Part shown: piece after piece, positions 28,573 to 40,899 of the stretch | How the letters are laid out: each line of letters opens with the position of its first letter | How positions within the stretch are numbered: the first letter of the stretch is position 1 | Notes under the pieces: generated by a model | The model's input: only the letters and a program-made list of their open reading frames with translations | Told to the model about the DNA's origin: nothing | Database searches by the model: none | Assembly (NCBI GenBank): GCA_038496445.1 | Contig: JALMLS010000447.1 | Location: 62,001 to 126,000, forward strand | Length of the DNA: 64,000 nt | Source: Trichosphaerium sp. ATCC 40318 | Taxonomy: Eukaryota; Protista; Tubulinea | Reading direction: 5' to 3' | Translations under genes and position numbers: made by a program

Positions 28573-29022
28573 TTTTTTTAAAAGTTATCAACGTCTCTAA
28601 TGATGTCAGTAAAGGTGTAATTTACTGAATTATAAGTATTTGACGCAAGGCGGAGTGACGAAAAGCCCGTTTTGAGGATTTTATGACACGGGGGCATGGG
28701 AATCTTTGATATACCGACGCTAGCGTTATTTTACGCCGGAAAAAAGCACGAGAAAGGGTTTAGAGCGAAAAGGTGGTTTGTTTAAAAATAAAGTTGGCCT
28801 ACTAACGGTTTAACTAGTAAAATGATGACAGTAGCGTAGTAGGCCGCAAATGAAGTATTTTTCCGTTCGTTATATCATCGATAAAGCACACGTACGTAGT
28901 ATTTATTAGCTAGCAATAGTTACGTGTGTTCAACTGACAATAGCGCTATTGGCAATTTCGGCTTGACAGCTCTTGACTTTGTGTTGAGTACAAAGTGTCT
29001 AAACGTCTTTGTATTAGCGACT

Positions 29023-32000
29023 ATGCTTAACGCTTTACGTGGAGGCAGCCGATTGGCTCAAAAGGTACTTGGTGTAGTGCTTTTGTTTTTTGTTTTACTA
29101 ACATTCGCTTAGTGTACTCGTGCAGTGCCCAGTACGTTAAAATAATAGCACTTTTAGCAGTATTTAATACAAAAACAGGTTCAACCTCGTCTTTTAGGCA
29201 AAGAAGTCGCTACACAGTACAACGTTCAACTTGTACGTTAAATATCGCATCCAGAACTCACTAATTTGAAAAAGCCTCATTGGCGCAAACAACTACAAGA
29301 ACAACAGCAAACGCATTGAAACCAACTTTATTCGCCTCCACACTATTCCAACACAACAGGTAAAACGAAAAATGCAACACGAGCGTTCTTGGGCTTGTTT
29401 ATACGCTAATTGCATACGATCACAGCCTTAGTGCATGGTTTTCGCCTTGACAGCCTCTGTTTCACTGCTCTTTTAACAAAAAATGTCAATTCGTCATTTC
29501 GGTTTAAGAAACCACAATCTAACACTTCCAAAGGCATCAATCAGTACTTACATCAACAATTGAGTCACAAATCAAACAAGAACGTTATTATGCAACAAAA
29601 AGTAAAGCAGCTGAGCGTGTTCTACGTTCTAGAGGAATTAGAAGTGATAAAGACACTGAGTTATCTCCTCCTGTTAAAAACTGGAAAAAATCAAAAGAAA
29701 GTGCGTCAAGTCCCTTTCGACTTCAAAAACAAACCTTCAACGTGAACTGACGATGTTTGTTTTATCGTTTCAGGTAAGAAAGAAGACAAAGGAGAATCAA
29801 AAGATCTTTCAGCTGAGGAAGAAGCAAAGGAAGCGATGAAAGAGGCTAAAGCAAAGGAGAAAGCAGCTGATGCTAAGGCAAAGAAAGAAGCTGATAAAAA
29901 AGCAAAGGAAGAAGAGATTTCAAAAAAGAAGGCAGAGGAAGAGGAGGCTGAAAAAAAAGAGTCCTCGAAGGAAACACCTTCCACAAAGACTAGTGAACCT
30001 GCTGCTCCAGTTGCAAAGGAACCTATTCCATATGATACATCTAATCCACCAGTGCTTAGACGGTCTGCAAGAAAGTATGCTGCGGCTGTACCTCAAGAGG
30101 GAGAAGTTAAGCCTCAATTGAAGAATCCTATTCCAGGAACAGTTACTATTAAGGAGGAGTTCCAGCTTGCACCAAAAGTATCTTTGGATATATATATTCC
30201 AGAATATAAACTGGCTCTTGAGTACCAAGGTGAGAACCTTGGTGACAAACACTACAAAAAACCAGTTTTTTTATAATTTTTCCAATTCCGAACTTTTTTT
30301 TTTCATATTTCGTTGATGGCTCTCTTTAAAAGACACGTGATCTCATTTAACTTTTTAGGTGAACAACATTACCATGATCTATACGGAAATTCTCTAGCGT
30401 ATGAACAACGTGATAAAGAAAAACGTTTGTTTTGTGCTGGCAAAGGTACACCTCAAGACTTTTTTACTCCGTGTTGTTTCTCAAGTCTTGACTGACTCTG
30501 GCTTTTCCTAGGTATTTCAGTAGTCCCAATACCATACTGGTGGAAGGGAGATATTGCTAGTATTGCTGCTACTATTATGCACTACAGACCCGATATTCAA
30601 TTCGATAATGTTCCTCCTCATGTTAAACCATTGATTCATCTTCCACAAAATAAGCATTTTGAAGGAGAAGGTAAAAATAATTATTTCTAGTAACATAAAA
30701 TACTAATATACTCTTTTATAGCTGCTATAAAGAAGCAAATGATGCAGTCTTGGGAATACTCAAGCAGTGGAGTTGATCCAAAGAGCTGGTACGTCAAAAA
30801 GTTTGAAAAGTGCATCAAAAAGAACGAAGAAAAAAAACCATCACCTCTCTTTTACGTTTGTGTTGATGTTTATGCTAGGTATGTATCTGAAAAACTTGAT
30901 GGTATTCGTGCATATTGGAATGGAAAGGAGCTATACTCCAAACGTGGTAAAAAAATACCAGGAGGAGAGGATATCCTTGAACAATTCCCAGACTTTGGTC
31001 TTGATGGTGAACTAGTGTATGATAACTTTTTTTGTTTGTTAACATTCTATACTTATGTACTCCTTTAGTATGACAGTTAAACCAGCTAAACTAGCTAAGC
31101 TCGTATCTCATTTATACAGAAGACAGAATTGGAGAGGTATGGCACCTATAATGGAGTTACAACGAGAGTTCTTTGTTTATCTCGTTTTTCTCGCTCACAT
31201 TTTTTTTTCTATGTTGACGCTTTTCTTACAGGTGTGACCTACTACGTCTTTGACGCTGTTATACCTGGTATTCAATTTGAAGGTATGGTTTTCTTTAATT
31301 TTTATTTTTGTATGATCAGTCACGTGATTGTTTTTTTAGAACGTCAAGCGATCCTCAAGAAGAGAATCCGTGCTTTGAACACTCCATTTATCAAATTGCT
31401 TCCTTACAAACGTGTTGGAAGTAAAGCTCACCTTACATGGTGGATGGAACAAATTACAAATACAAAGGGAGAAGGTGGTATGCTTCGTATGCCAAGTAGT
31501 AATTACATCTCTGGAAAGAGTTCTTCAGTCCTCAAAGTCAAGGTTAGTACATACGCGAAAAAAAAAAATCAAACAAACAACTTTTCTGCATTGTCAAGTA
31601 CCAAAAAAATCACGTGACTGATGTCACCCATCGATGGGTTTTTATTTTGTTGTATTGTTTTCGGTGTTGATCGGTTTTTTTAGCCTCATGAAGATATGGA
31701 AGTGCGTATGCTTCGTAGAAATAAAAAAGGAGGTTACTTTGAAGTGCTTACACCTTTTGGTCATGAAATTTCAGTTCAAGTTTCATATGGTGATTGGAAG
31801 ACACCTCCAGAGGAGGGAACCATACTCACTATTAAATATGCTGTACGTTAAATTTGACATTTTCTTCTATCAACGCTGTCATCAACATGACACACAGCAC
31901 CGATTTATATTTCAAATCAAACTTATTTTTTTTTTCCTTCCACAGGGTACTACATCTACAGGAAAGCCTCAATTCCCATACTATATGAGGGAAAGACATG

Positions 32001-32080
32001 ATTTATCATGGCATGATGTATTACAAGATACACCAGGTGTGCCAGAAGAGATGAAAAAGGATGTCCCAATACCAATCTAA
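29023..32080 (+). CDS. Minimal-type ATP-dependent DNA ligase with an N-terminal restriction-endonuclease-like domain and putative mitochondrial presequence
   Basis: Ligase motifs SEKLDGIRAYW (I), LDGEL (III), YYVFD (IIIa), GEGGMLR (IV), LKVK (V), OB-fold GKPQFP. Upstream LDIYIPEYKLALEYQGEQHY...RDKEKR...IPYWW. N-terminus MLNALRGGSRLAQK. Confidence 0.88.
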
Positions 32081-32576
32081 AAAAATTGAACCAAACACAC
32101 TGAAAAAAAAAAAAGCAACAGAGCGCTGGAAACTAGCCCTGCTGTTTTTCTTTTTTAAAATGGTATCCCAGGTACCCACTATTTCTTGTACAAAAATAAA
32201 AATATGCTCCAAACGTACTTGTACTATTCAGGTAACCTCTCCTTTAAGGACAATGTCACCCACTTTTGCATCAAACTTCTGACGCTATAATTAAAGATTG
32301 TCAGCCCCTTTTTCGGCGTAGTTCGTTATGGTGAAAGTCACAAAACAATGCAAATAAAGGTCACGTGATATACGTTCGTGATTGCATGTATGTCCGATGG
32401 AAAAATGTTCGTGTTAAGTCAATTTATGTGGCATTATGTATTATATGTTGCAATTACCAACAAAACGAACAGTACTACTGTCACCATGATGTACACAAGG
32501 AAATCAAACATCAAACAAACCAGCGCCTATCAATTAACGCCTTTAATCAAATGTAAAGCGTTCGCCGTAATTCTGT

Positions 32577-32666
32577 CAGGGTTACCCTGTCAATCAGGGC
32601 TGAACCCTGAGATACCCTAAATCAGAACCAGGGTTACCCTGTCTACCAGGGTGTATATATCCCCTG
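32577..32666. promoter_or_regulatory. Array of CAGGG...CCCTG inverted-repeat sites upstream of the metallothionein-like gene
   Basis: CAGGGTTACCCTG at 32577 and 32629, CAGGGCTGAACCCTG at 32595, CAGGGTGTATATATCCCCTG at 32647; all within 125 bp of the ATG at 32702. Confidence 0.55.
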
Positions 32667-32701
32667 CATTAAACCTCAACAAACTAAACAAACAACACAT
32701 C

Positions 32702-33086
32702 ATGTCCTCAGACGCTTCAGCAGAAATCAAACAACAACAATCTTCTTGCAGCGATTGCAAAGAATCTTGTAAGTCGTGCACCTACGAGACAGACTGTTCT
32801 AACTGCACCAACTGTAAAGGCCAAGGTACGTATACATCAGTTCTACATCAAGAGACATGATCTAGCTTCTCCGCTTGAGCCTTAAGTTTTCAAATGCTAA
32901 TTTTAGTTCTTAGATAACGCAGATTGTTGTTCAAAAGACGCTGACGGCAAAGCAACGTGCAGCTGCGATTGTTGTAAGAAGGTACGAAGAGAAAAAGAGA
33001 CTGCTTTTTTTTTTTGTTCATAAAATTAACTCCGCGCCTAGTGTGTTTGTGATACATGTGATTCAAGCAAGTGCGGATGTAAATAA
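32702..33086 (+). CDS. Metallothionein-like small Cys-rich protein (3 exons, about 78 aa)
   Basis: MSSDASAEIKQQQSSCSDCKESCKSCTYETDCSNCTNCKGQ|DNADCCSKDADGKATCSCDCCKK|CVCDTCDSSKCGCK*: 18 Cys in CxC/CC/CxxC motifs and no signal peptide. Confidence 0.8.
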
Positions 33087-33717
33087 AGCTACGGTACAGC
33101 TCCCTGTAGTAAAACGTCAACCATTGTACAAATTTGTAACCAAGAATAAACATTAAGAGCAAAATGCCTTCCTTGAAGTAATCTGTTAGCTAACTGTCTT
33201 CAATGATGGGTACAACACAATTGAGCATAAATGTAGATTGCCAAGAACATAAGCCAAGAAGGAGAGAAACAATTTGCTATGAATTATTATGAACAAAACT
33301 CAGTTGGTACAGTTAATGTCACCCGAGTTTTTTTTCGTATTCCAGGTGATACATACACTAATAAACATTTATTGAAATACTTAAAATCTCTTAAACTTCT
33401 TTACATTAACAAGAGAGGATGTTGAACAACGGAAAAATTCGTATCAGTAGAGTGGTCCTCTATGTTTCAATAATTTGAAAAAAACCTCATGACTGTGGCG
33501 TCAGGGTAAGCACCTGAGATCTTTGTCCTACCGGTGTAGCGTCACTATAGTTGTACGATTATTAATTGCAATAAAAAAAATTGGGTGCAAACTAAAAACC
33601 CAGGAATGCTGACTGAACATAGCTGTAAACTGCGCTATGCCGTGACTGTGATAAAGAATATGGAATAAAGGGTAAAAGGGATTGAATTGTACAAAGGGTA
33701 TAGATTATGGTATTATA

Positions 33718-35076
33718 TCAATGTCTCTGTAGACGAAGGAATCTACGCTTTTTTTGCTTAACCTCAACATCTTTCCTGAAAGTTGTAAATCCTTCACAAT
33801 AGAAGCAATTCGATACAACTACTCTTTTCTTCACTGACGCACTATCTGAAATACGCATACACCTACAAACTCTTATAGTCTTTGCTTTAAGTCGTCTAAA
33901 CCCATCTTGAGTGACTTGATAGCATCCGACAAGATCTAACTTTTTTGCTTTCTTTAGAGTTTTGATTGATCTATTTGTAACACTTCTTGATGCCAAAGTA
34001 AGACTTCTAACATTCTTCAATGCAATTACACATTCATCATCTATATAGTCTCCTGAAATGAAAATAGTGGTAACATGACCCAAATACTTTATACCTTCAC
34101 GTGTGATTGCTGTACAGTTCCTTATATCGATGTATTTAAGTTGTCTTCTAAATGTTGATCCGTCTTTTTTCGTCATAATTTTCCCCTTGGCTAGCGCTTT
34201 GAGACCATCGTCTGATATGTCGCTATATTGCAATACAGCCTTCTCAACACCAGTTAATGATATGATACCGGTATCTGAGACAAGTGGTGACGAGAGTTCA
34301 ATAGAGCTAATCCCTTTCAAAGCCATGATTCCTTCATCTGTTATCAACTTTGAAGTGACTTTAAGTGAATGAACTCCCTTAAGCGCCTTTATACCAGAAT
34401 CACTAATCCTCATACCTACTAATGATACTGTATGAGCTCCAGCTAGGTTCTGAATACAGCTTTCATCTATATCTAAATTGAAGAGATGTACAGTGTGAAC
34501 ACCCTTCAAAGATTCGATTCCTTCACAAGAGACTTTTCCACCTGACAAGTGAATTGTATGAACACCTTTAAGCATCTTGATGCCTTCATCCGTTATTTGA
34601 TTTATGCCACTTAGCGTTACATATTTTGCGCCTGATAAAGCTTTAATACCCTTATCAGTTACCTGTGGCATGTTGTAAAGATGAATTGATTGAACTCCTT
34701 TAAAATTCTTAAAGTCTTTATCGGTCATGTCTTTACATCGGATACACGTGATTTCAGAATACTTTAGTACACCTTTATACTCTTTTAGTCTATGTATTAA
34801 TCTACTAGAACGTATTGTAATCGATATAAATCCAACAAGGTTGTGTATGATCGCAGCGAATTGTCGACATGTGAACGCACAAGGAAATCTTGTTTTACGA
34901 ACAAAAGAAAGTATAACCGCAATCACCTCTGTAGGTAGATCATTGATACTCGCTTTATATCGCGATCCTGTACTGATTAACGGTTTAGTGCGTAATATTT
35001 AAGGAAAAGTGTATCAAATAACGGTAATTCACTGTTTAAGAGATTTGAGAGGGTTGTTACGGTTTTCGACAATCAT
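33718..35076 (-). CDS. F-box/LRR protein
   Basis: INDLPTEVIAVILSF...TCRQFAAII (F-box) plus ITDEGIKMLKGVHTIHL-type LRRs in one exon. The short first exon at about 35076 is inferred. Confidence 0.85.
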
Positions 35077-37033
35077 TTAGAGTTTTTTTAGTTAAAAGTT
35101 GTTCTATGCATCAAAATGCCGTTGAATTGCGTGCACGTACGCTTTTGACATGATATGATGACAGGTGTTGTGATTTTTTTTAGCCAGACTTGGGTGGTGT
35201 TAAGCCACGTTACAAAAGCGCTTAATTTTTTTTGCCAAATGTCCACGTGTCCACTTGTTTTATTAGTATAGACCAGTTTAGTTTCTTCATGTGCTTATGT
35301 TTTGCAGCCTAATCAAGCATCTTTTTCGTGGACCATGGAGTGTTAATGGATAGTATGATTCAAAGCACAACTAATAATAAATATGTGCCTAAAACCCCAA
35401 CTGCTATGTCGTGTAATACTAGCTACTAATGCTTACCACGTGGTGATGGGATCCAATGTTTACACTCTTTACAGAGCCAAAAATGGAGTCTGAGCTGTCC
35501 GCAAGTTGTAGTGGTATAATGGAAGGCGTAAGGTTTATGGTTTTTAGTAAGGATGTTTCTTCAATACAACAATTTTGCCTTTGTACAACTGTAAAATACG
35601 AAACCCATCTACACCATATAAACTCATTCTAACTCAAAGCAATATCGTACAATTATGGTGTGTGGTTATTATGGTGACGAAAAGTTATGGCCACAAAGTT
35701 GAACTTTTGCTTAATTACTTTCATGAATGAACTTGTTTTGTTAAAATCACTAATCAATCAAGCTTATTATCACTCTAAACAACATGATAGGGTATAAAAA
35801 GATCTTTAGAGTAATATTTTGAAGTTAAAATTGTCATTTGAAAAATTGGGTGTCCACTATGCACAAATCCAAAAAAAAAGTTGAAAAAAAGAGGTCAAGT
35901 GGAGTGCCTTTCCTAAATTAGAGCCTACTCTCTCGGTATTATTGTAACAATAATTAAGCACGAACAGTCTTCACTGATTAGGATCTATGGCTGTTTTGCG
36001 TTTAAATTACCGTCCTCAGAACGGTAATTTTCTAAAACAAGTGACTGTGGAATACAGACATATTGTCTTTTTATTTTTTTAACTGTTGCCCCTTTACAAT
36101 TTCCCACTGGTTTTTAGCAATTATATAGAATTGACCATGAGTTACTTTGAAGTTCCGTAAACGACTACGGAGCAAAATGAAACAATACGTCCAAAAAGGA
36201 GTCACATCAAAGACAAAACTTGTGGTTCTTTTTTTGTTTTTTTCAAACATTCTAGTTATGATTTTTTGGGTACAGCCACCATAGTTGCTACACGATTTAC
36301 ATTTCGGACTGTATTACGTATTGTTCCGTGTACTTCTGATATTACATTTTTCATTCAATATGGCGCCATAATCGTCTCATGACACCTGTTTCAATTCCAG
36401 CAAAACATGCCAAAAAAACTCGATATAAAACCAAACACTTAAGGTGAAATAAAGCGCTCCCTTCTGTCTGGGTGAATGTATAACGTCATTTGTAAAAACG
36501 CTGTAGACCATCTTATATGGTACAATATGTCTAAGATGTACCGGAATAAGGTGATAACAGGAGTGTACAAGCGTTCAATTACCAAACCGTCTATTTTCGG
36601 ACTTTTCTCCAGTACAATAAAAAACCCTTACAGCTAACGGACTAAACTCACTGGTTATTTTAAGCACGTGGATGATTGATTAGGTATTTTTACGATATGA
36701 ATCAGTTAACAACTCCCCGCAGTACGTTGTTGGCGTTATGGCAGTACCCTGCAAATTACGAACAAAAAAGCCGAACAATTTTTTTATGTTCTTTAAACCG
36801 ACGTCTCTTAGCTTCCATGGTGAGCTTCCAACCACGTGTATTTTCACATCATAGGAGTTACAAATACGTCACAAGCAATAAGAACTCCTGAACCTTAAAA
36901 ATGTGTATCAGTTTTGCTTTTTTCTTCTGTGCGTGCAGCAACTACTGTCGGACTCCAGATTATCGTATTTTTTTATTGAATAGACCACGTGGGTAGGAAG
37001 GATACATCCAAAATATCATCGCGTAGAAGTAAG

Positions 37034-39110
37034 ATGGGTGTGTGTTTGGCTACAAGCGCTACACCTCACGATATTGCTATTAACAAAGCTATGAGAAGAG
37101 ATAAAAAGGAGAGAGATAAAACAGTTAGGATACTGCTCTTAGGTAAACAAAAAAAAAAAATAAGCCCGAGTTTCGCTGTTTTTTTAATCAAAAACCGTTT
37201 ATGTTATTCCATAGTAACATTAAACATAAATACAATTTTACTACCTTTTTCTGGTCCTTTTTGACGTATTTTTTAAAAAATCAGATTATTAATTAAATTA
37301 TCACGTGATGTTGCTAAAAAGATGATATATTTTAGGTGCTGGTGATAGCGGAAAGTCTACTTTTCTGAAACAAATGAAATGCGCTCATGCTAATTTATCC
37401 TTGGCTGATTTTCAAACTTATAGGCGTATACTGAGGTACATTTATCATGTTGAACGTATTGTTTAATATTGCCGTTTTCTCGTAATAAAAGGAGGCGCCT
37501 CCGACGAAAAACCTATTCTTTATGGAGATTATTATCGTTGTTTTGAGAAATCCTTCTTGTTAACTGCTAACACGTGATTAGAGACAATTTAATTGACTCT
37601 GCCCGCGATCTATTTAGCGCAGCACAGAACGAGAATATAAAGCTATCAAAACCTACAAAGGTAAACCTCCGAAGCATGTTCAAAAAAAAAAATCCAAAAA
37701 AAAAAGTTAGCACTAGGCTTACGAGCTTTTTTAGAAAACATACACTACCATCCTTGCTGCGGATACAATGGACTGGACTGGAGATACAATAGAAGCTTTA
37801 GCTGCGTATTGGAAAGATCCGGGTATAAAGAAAGTCTGGAGAGAATATAGACTCGAGTATCACTTGCTATGGTGCACGGACTAGTACGTACTTTTTTTTT
37901 TTTTCTTCTTCAGGAAGTCGTTGTTTTTTGGTTGTCAGAAAATACTAATGTGAACTCTTTTTGATTTAGTTTGTTCAAGCATGTTGAAAGGATAGGAGCA
38001 AGTAATTTTAGACCAACAGAAGATGATATTTTTAGAGCGAGGTTGAAGACCACAGGTTGGTATTTAATTTTCCGGTCCACAAAAAAAAAAATCCCAAAGA
38101 GATACCATTTTGCTTGTTTTGGGTTTTTGTCGTTTGTTGGCGTCACTGACTCGATTTAGGTGTTAAAGAGACTACTATACAAATAAAGGGAATAAATATC
38201 TGCTTTATTGATGTTGGTGGCCAGAGGTCTGAGAGAAGAAAATGGTTGGGATGTTTTGATAATGTTGATGCTATTATTTATTTAGTCGCTTTGGATGAGT
38301 GTACGTCCAACCTTTTTCGTTCAATTTTTTTTCCTCTTTGGTAGCCAAAGCGAGATTGCTTCTTTCTTTCAAAAACCTATTGTAGTTAAAGAATTAACAC
38401 GTGCTGAGTGATGTTTTCGCGGTTTTTTTGTTCCGCTCCTCAAAATTTCATTTTCCTTCGTTTTTTGTCTTCTTTTTCCTGTACTCTCGCTTACTTAGAT
38501 CTCTCTTAGATAACATGTCAATAGAAGAAAACAATACTACAAACAGATTAGATGAGTCTTTACAACTATTAGAGCAAGTATCTGGATGTAAAGCTCTTAA
38601 CTCTGACAACGAAATTCCATTCATTATATTCTTAAATAAGTTCGACCTATTCAGAACAAAATCAGCTTATGTACCTCTTTCCGACTACTTCCCTGAGTAT
38701 AAAGGTAACTTTAACAACTACAAGGAAATATCGTATATTGACTATGCATCAAATAGGAGATCAAAAAGATTGGAGGAAGGGAGTTCGATTTATCGGTAAA
38801 AAAGTCCGTCAAAGTTTCAAAGGCGCCAAACTAGCAAATACCTATGTACGTCTTCCTTGACTCTTTTTTTTTCGAAGAAAAAACCAGGAACCACACCACG
38901 TGATTAATCAAAAATCATATTTTTGAATTATAGTCGCGTTTACTGATTTTTTCTGCTTAGGTCACGTGCGGTTTGGATACACGTAATTGTGCACGTGTTT
39001 TCAAGTCAATATATGATGAAATTTTATTGGATAATGTTTATGGCATTGCATCAATGTCAAGCTCTACGCGAGGATCTGTCAGTGACTCACCCTCAAGTAT
39101 AATTTTTTAA
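37034..39110 (+). CDS. Heterotrimeric G protein alpha subunit (canonical motifs intact)
   Basis: MGVC (acylation sites), ILLLGAGDSGKSTFLKQM, RARLKTTG, DVGGQRSERRKW, FLNKFD, VTCGLDT. Confidence 0.96.
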
Positions 39111-39773
39111 ACCTAAAGAATGGTATTAAAACAAATTTATAAGCTATACCGCCACCTCCAAAGAAAGCGCCAGTCAAACAAAACAAAAAGTATCCCAAAA
39201 ATTTTCCCAAAAACATCCAAAGGTAAACAAAAATGTAAATAACATAAAAATAAAATTGTACAGTAACCCCTTACCTTCTTTAATTATGGTTCTCCAAGTA
39301 CTAGCTAATAGCTATCAAGTTAAAGATGATTGCAACTCTGGGTAGACAGAGAAACAGTCAACTGTAGTGACTCTGCGTGGATGGAGCTGAAAATACAGGA
39401 ACTTATGTCACTATGGCTTAAACCACTTTATGCACTGAAAACAAAAGAGCGGTACAAAGGGAATACTGAGGCAATGAACAACCAACGCAGCTGGTTAAAA
39501 ACGACAAATAATCTTACCATCCGCAAAAGTGCACTGCTTTGCTGTTGGACATCCCTACAGATATTATAGCGCATTGTTTGTGAGTGCTATAGATGTCCTT
39601 CTAAGGATAAATGGAACATTACAATCTTTTTGTGACGAGCATAAGAAAATAGTTGTAATTTGTTATGATGGACATTTATTGAATTGGAGTTTACACTCTT
39701 CTAACTAAGTTGACGATTTTAGGGAAATAAAAAATGTCTTGCGGCTGTAGCAAAGCGCCAAGCATTTAATGTA

Positions 39774-40662
39774 CTATACCCATGTAGTAAGGTTCCTTAC
39801 ACCTTTTAGGGTTTTGATTCCTTCGTCTGTGATACGCCAGCAATGACTAAGATCGAGAGTATGAACACCTGAAAGACCTTTTATCCATTCATCTGTGATT
39901 CTCTTACAGCGAGCAAGATTGACAGTGTGAACACCTGAAAGAGCTTTTATACCTTCAGCTGTGATCCTCTCACAGCTACTAAGATTGACGGAATAAACGC
40001 CTGAAAGATACTTGATACCTTCACCTGTGATACGCCAACCATGACTAACATTGATAGTATGAACACCTGAAAGAGCTTTGATGCCTTCATCTGTAATACG
40101 GTTACAACGACTAAGATTGATAGTGTGAACACCTGAAAGAGCCTTGATACCTTCATCTGTAATACGATAGCAATGAGTAAGGTCAATGGAGTAAACACCT
40201 GCCAATGCCTTCAAACCTTCATCTGTTATTTGATTACAGTCGTTAAGATTTATAGTATGAACACCTGAAAGAGCCTTGATACATTCATCTGTAATACGAT
40301 TACTACAGAAACTAAGATCGATAGAACGAACACCAGCAAATCTCTGTAACAAACTAACTGAAACATCAAATTTGATTTTGATTCTAGTATGTTGTAGGGC
40401 ACTACTGTGTTTCAACAGCGCTTCGGCTTGGTCAACAGAATGAATTGCCACAGCTTCATATCCAATAACGTCATGAATGATAGAAGCAAAGAGATGACAC
40501 GTTTGACAAGCGTCAAATCGCCCTTTCATTTGGCGTAAAATATGCACTAAAATCTCCGCAGGGAAGTCCAAAAGGCAAGGTGCTTCACTTGTGGATTGTA
40601 AGAAGGGTTACAGCAAAATATTAGTGTTTATACCTTTTATATGCTGTAGTTAGAGCTGACAT
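39774..40662 (-). CDS. F-box/LRR protein with highly regular 22-aa repeats
   Basis: MSALTTAYKS|EAPCLLDFPAEILVHIL (F-box) plus 8-9 repeats of VHTINLSxCxRITDEGIKALSG. Confidence 0.9.
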
Positions 40663-40696
40663 GTTGCTATACACTACTGTTTCTCACAAATTGTGA

Positions 40697-40832
40697 GAGT
40701 GAAAAGTAGCTGCGAGACTTTTTTTGAAGTGCGAGTGAAAAGTAGCTGCGAGACTTTTTTTGAAGTGCGAGTGAAAAGTAGCTGCGAGACTTTTTTTTGA
40801 AGGCGTGGAAAAGTGGCTGCGAGACTTTTTTT
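40697..40832. repeat. 36-bp tandem repeat, about 3.7 copies, between the gamma-lyase 3' end and the F-box/LRR start
   Basis: Unit GAGTGAAAAGTAGCTGCGAGACTTTTTTTGAAGTGC, head-to-tail with no spacers. Confidence 0.95.
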
Positions 40833-40899
40833 TGTTTTGTGACATGTGATTTTTTTTTATTTTCACATAATAAAAGTGGAATTTTGGCTGTTGGTTAAA

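Noticed and set aside
40697-40832. 36-bp repeats as a CRISPR array
   Set aside because: Units are contiguous with no spacers, there are no cas genes, and the context is eukaryotic.
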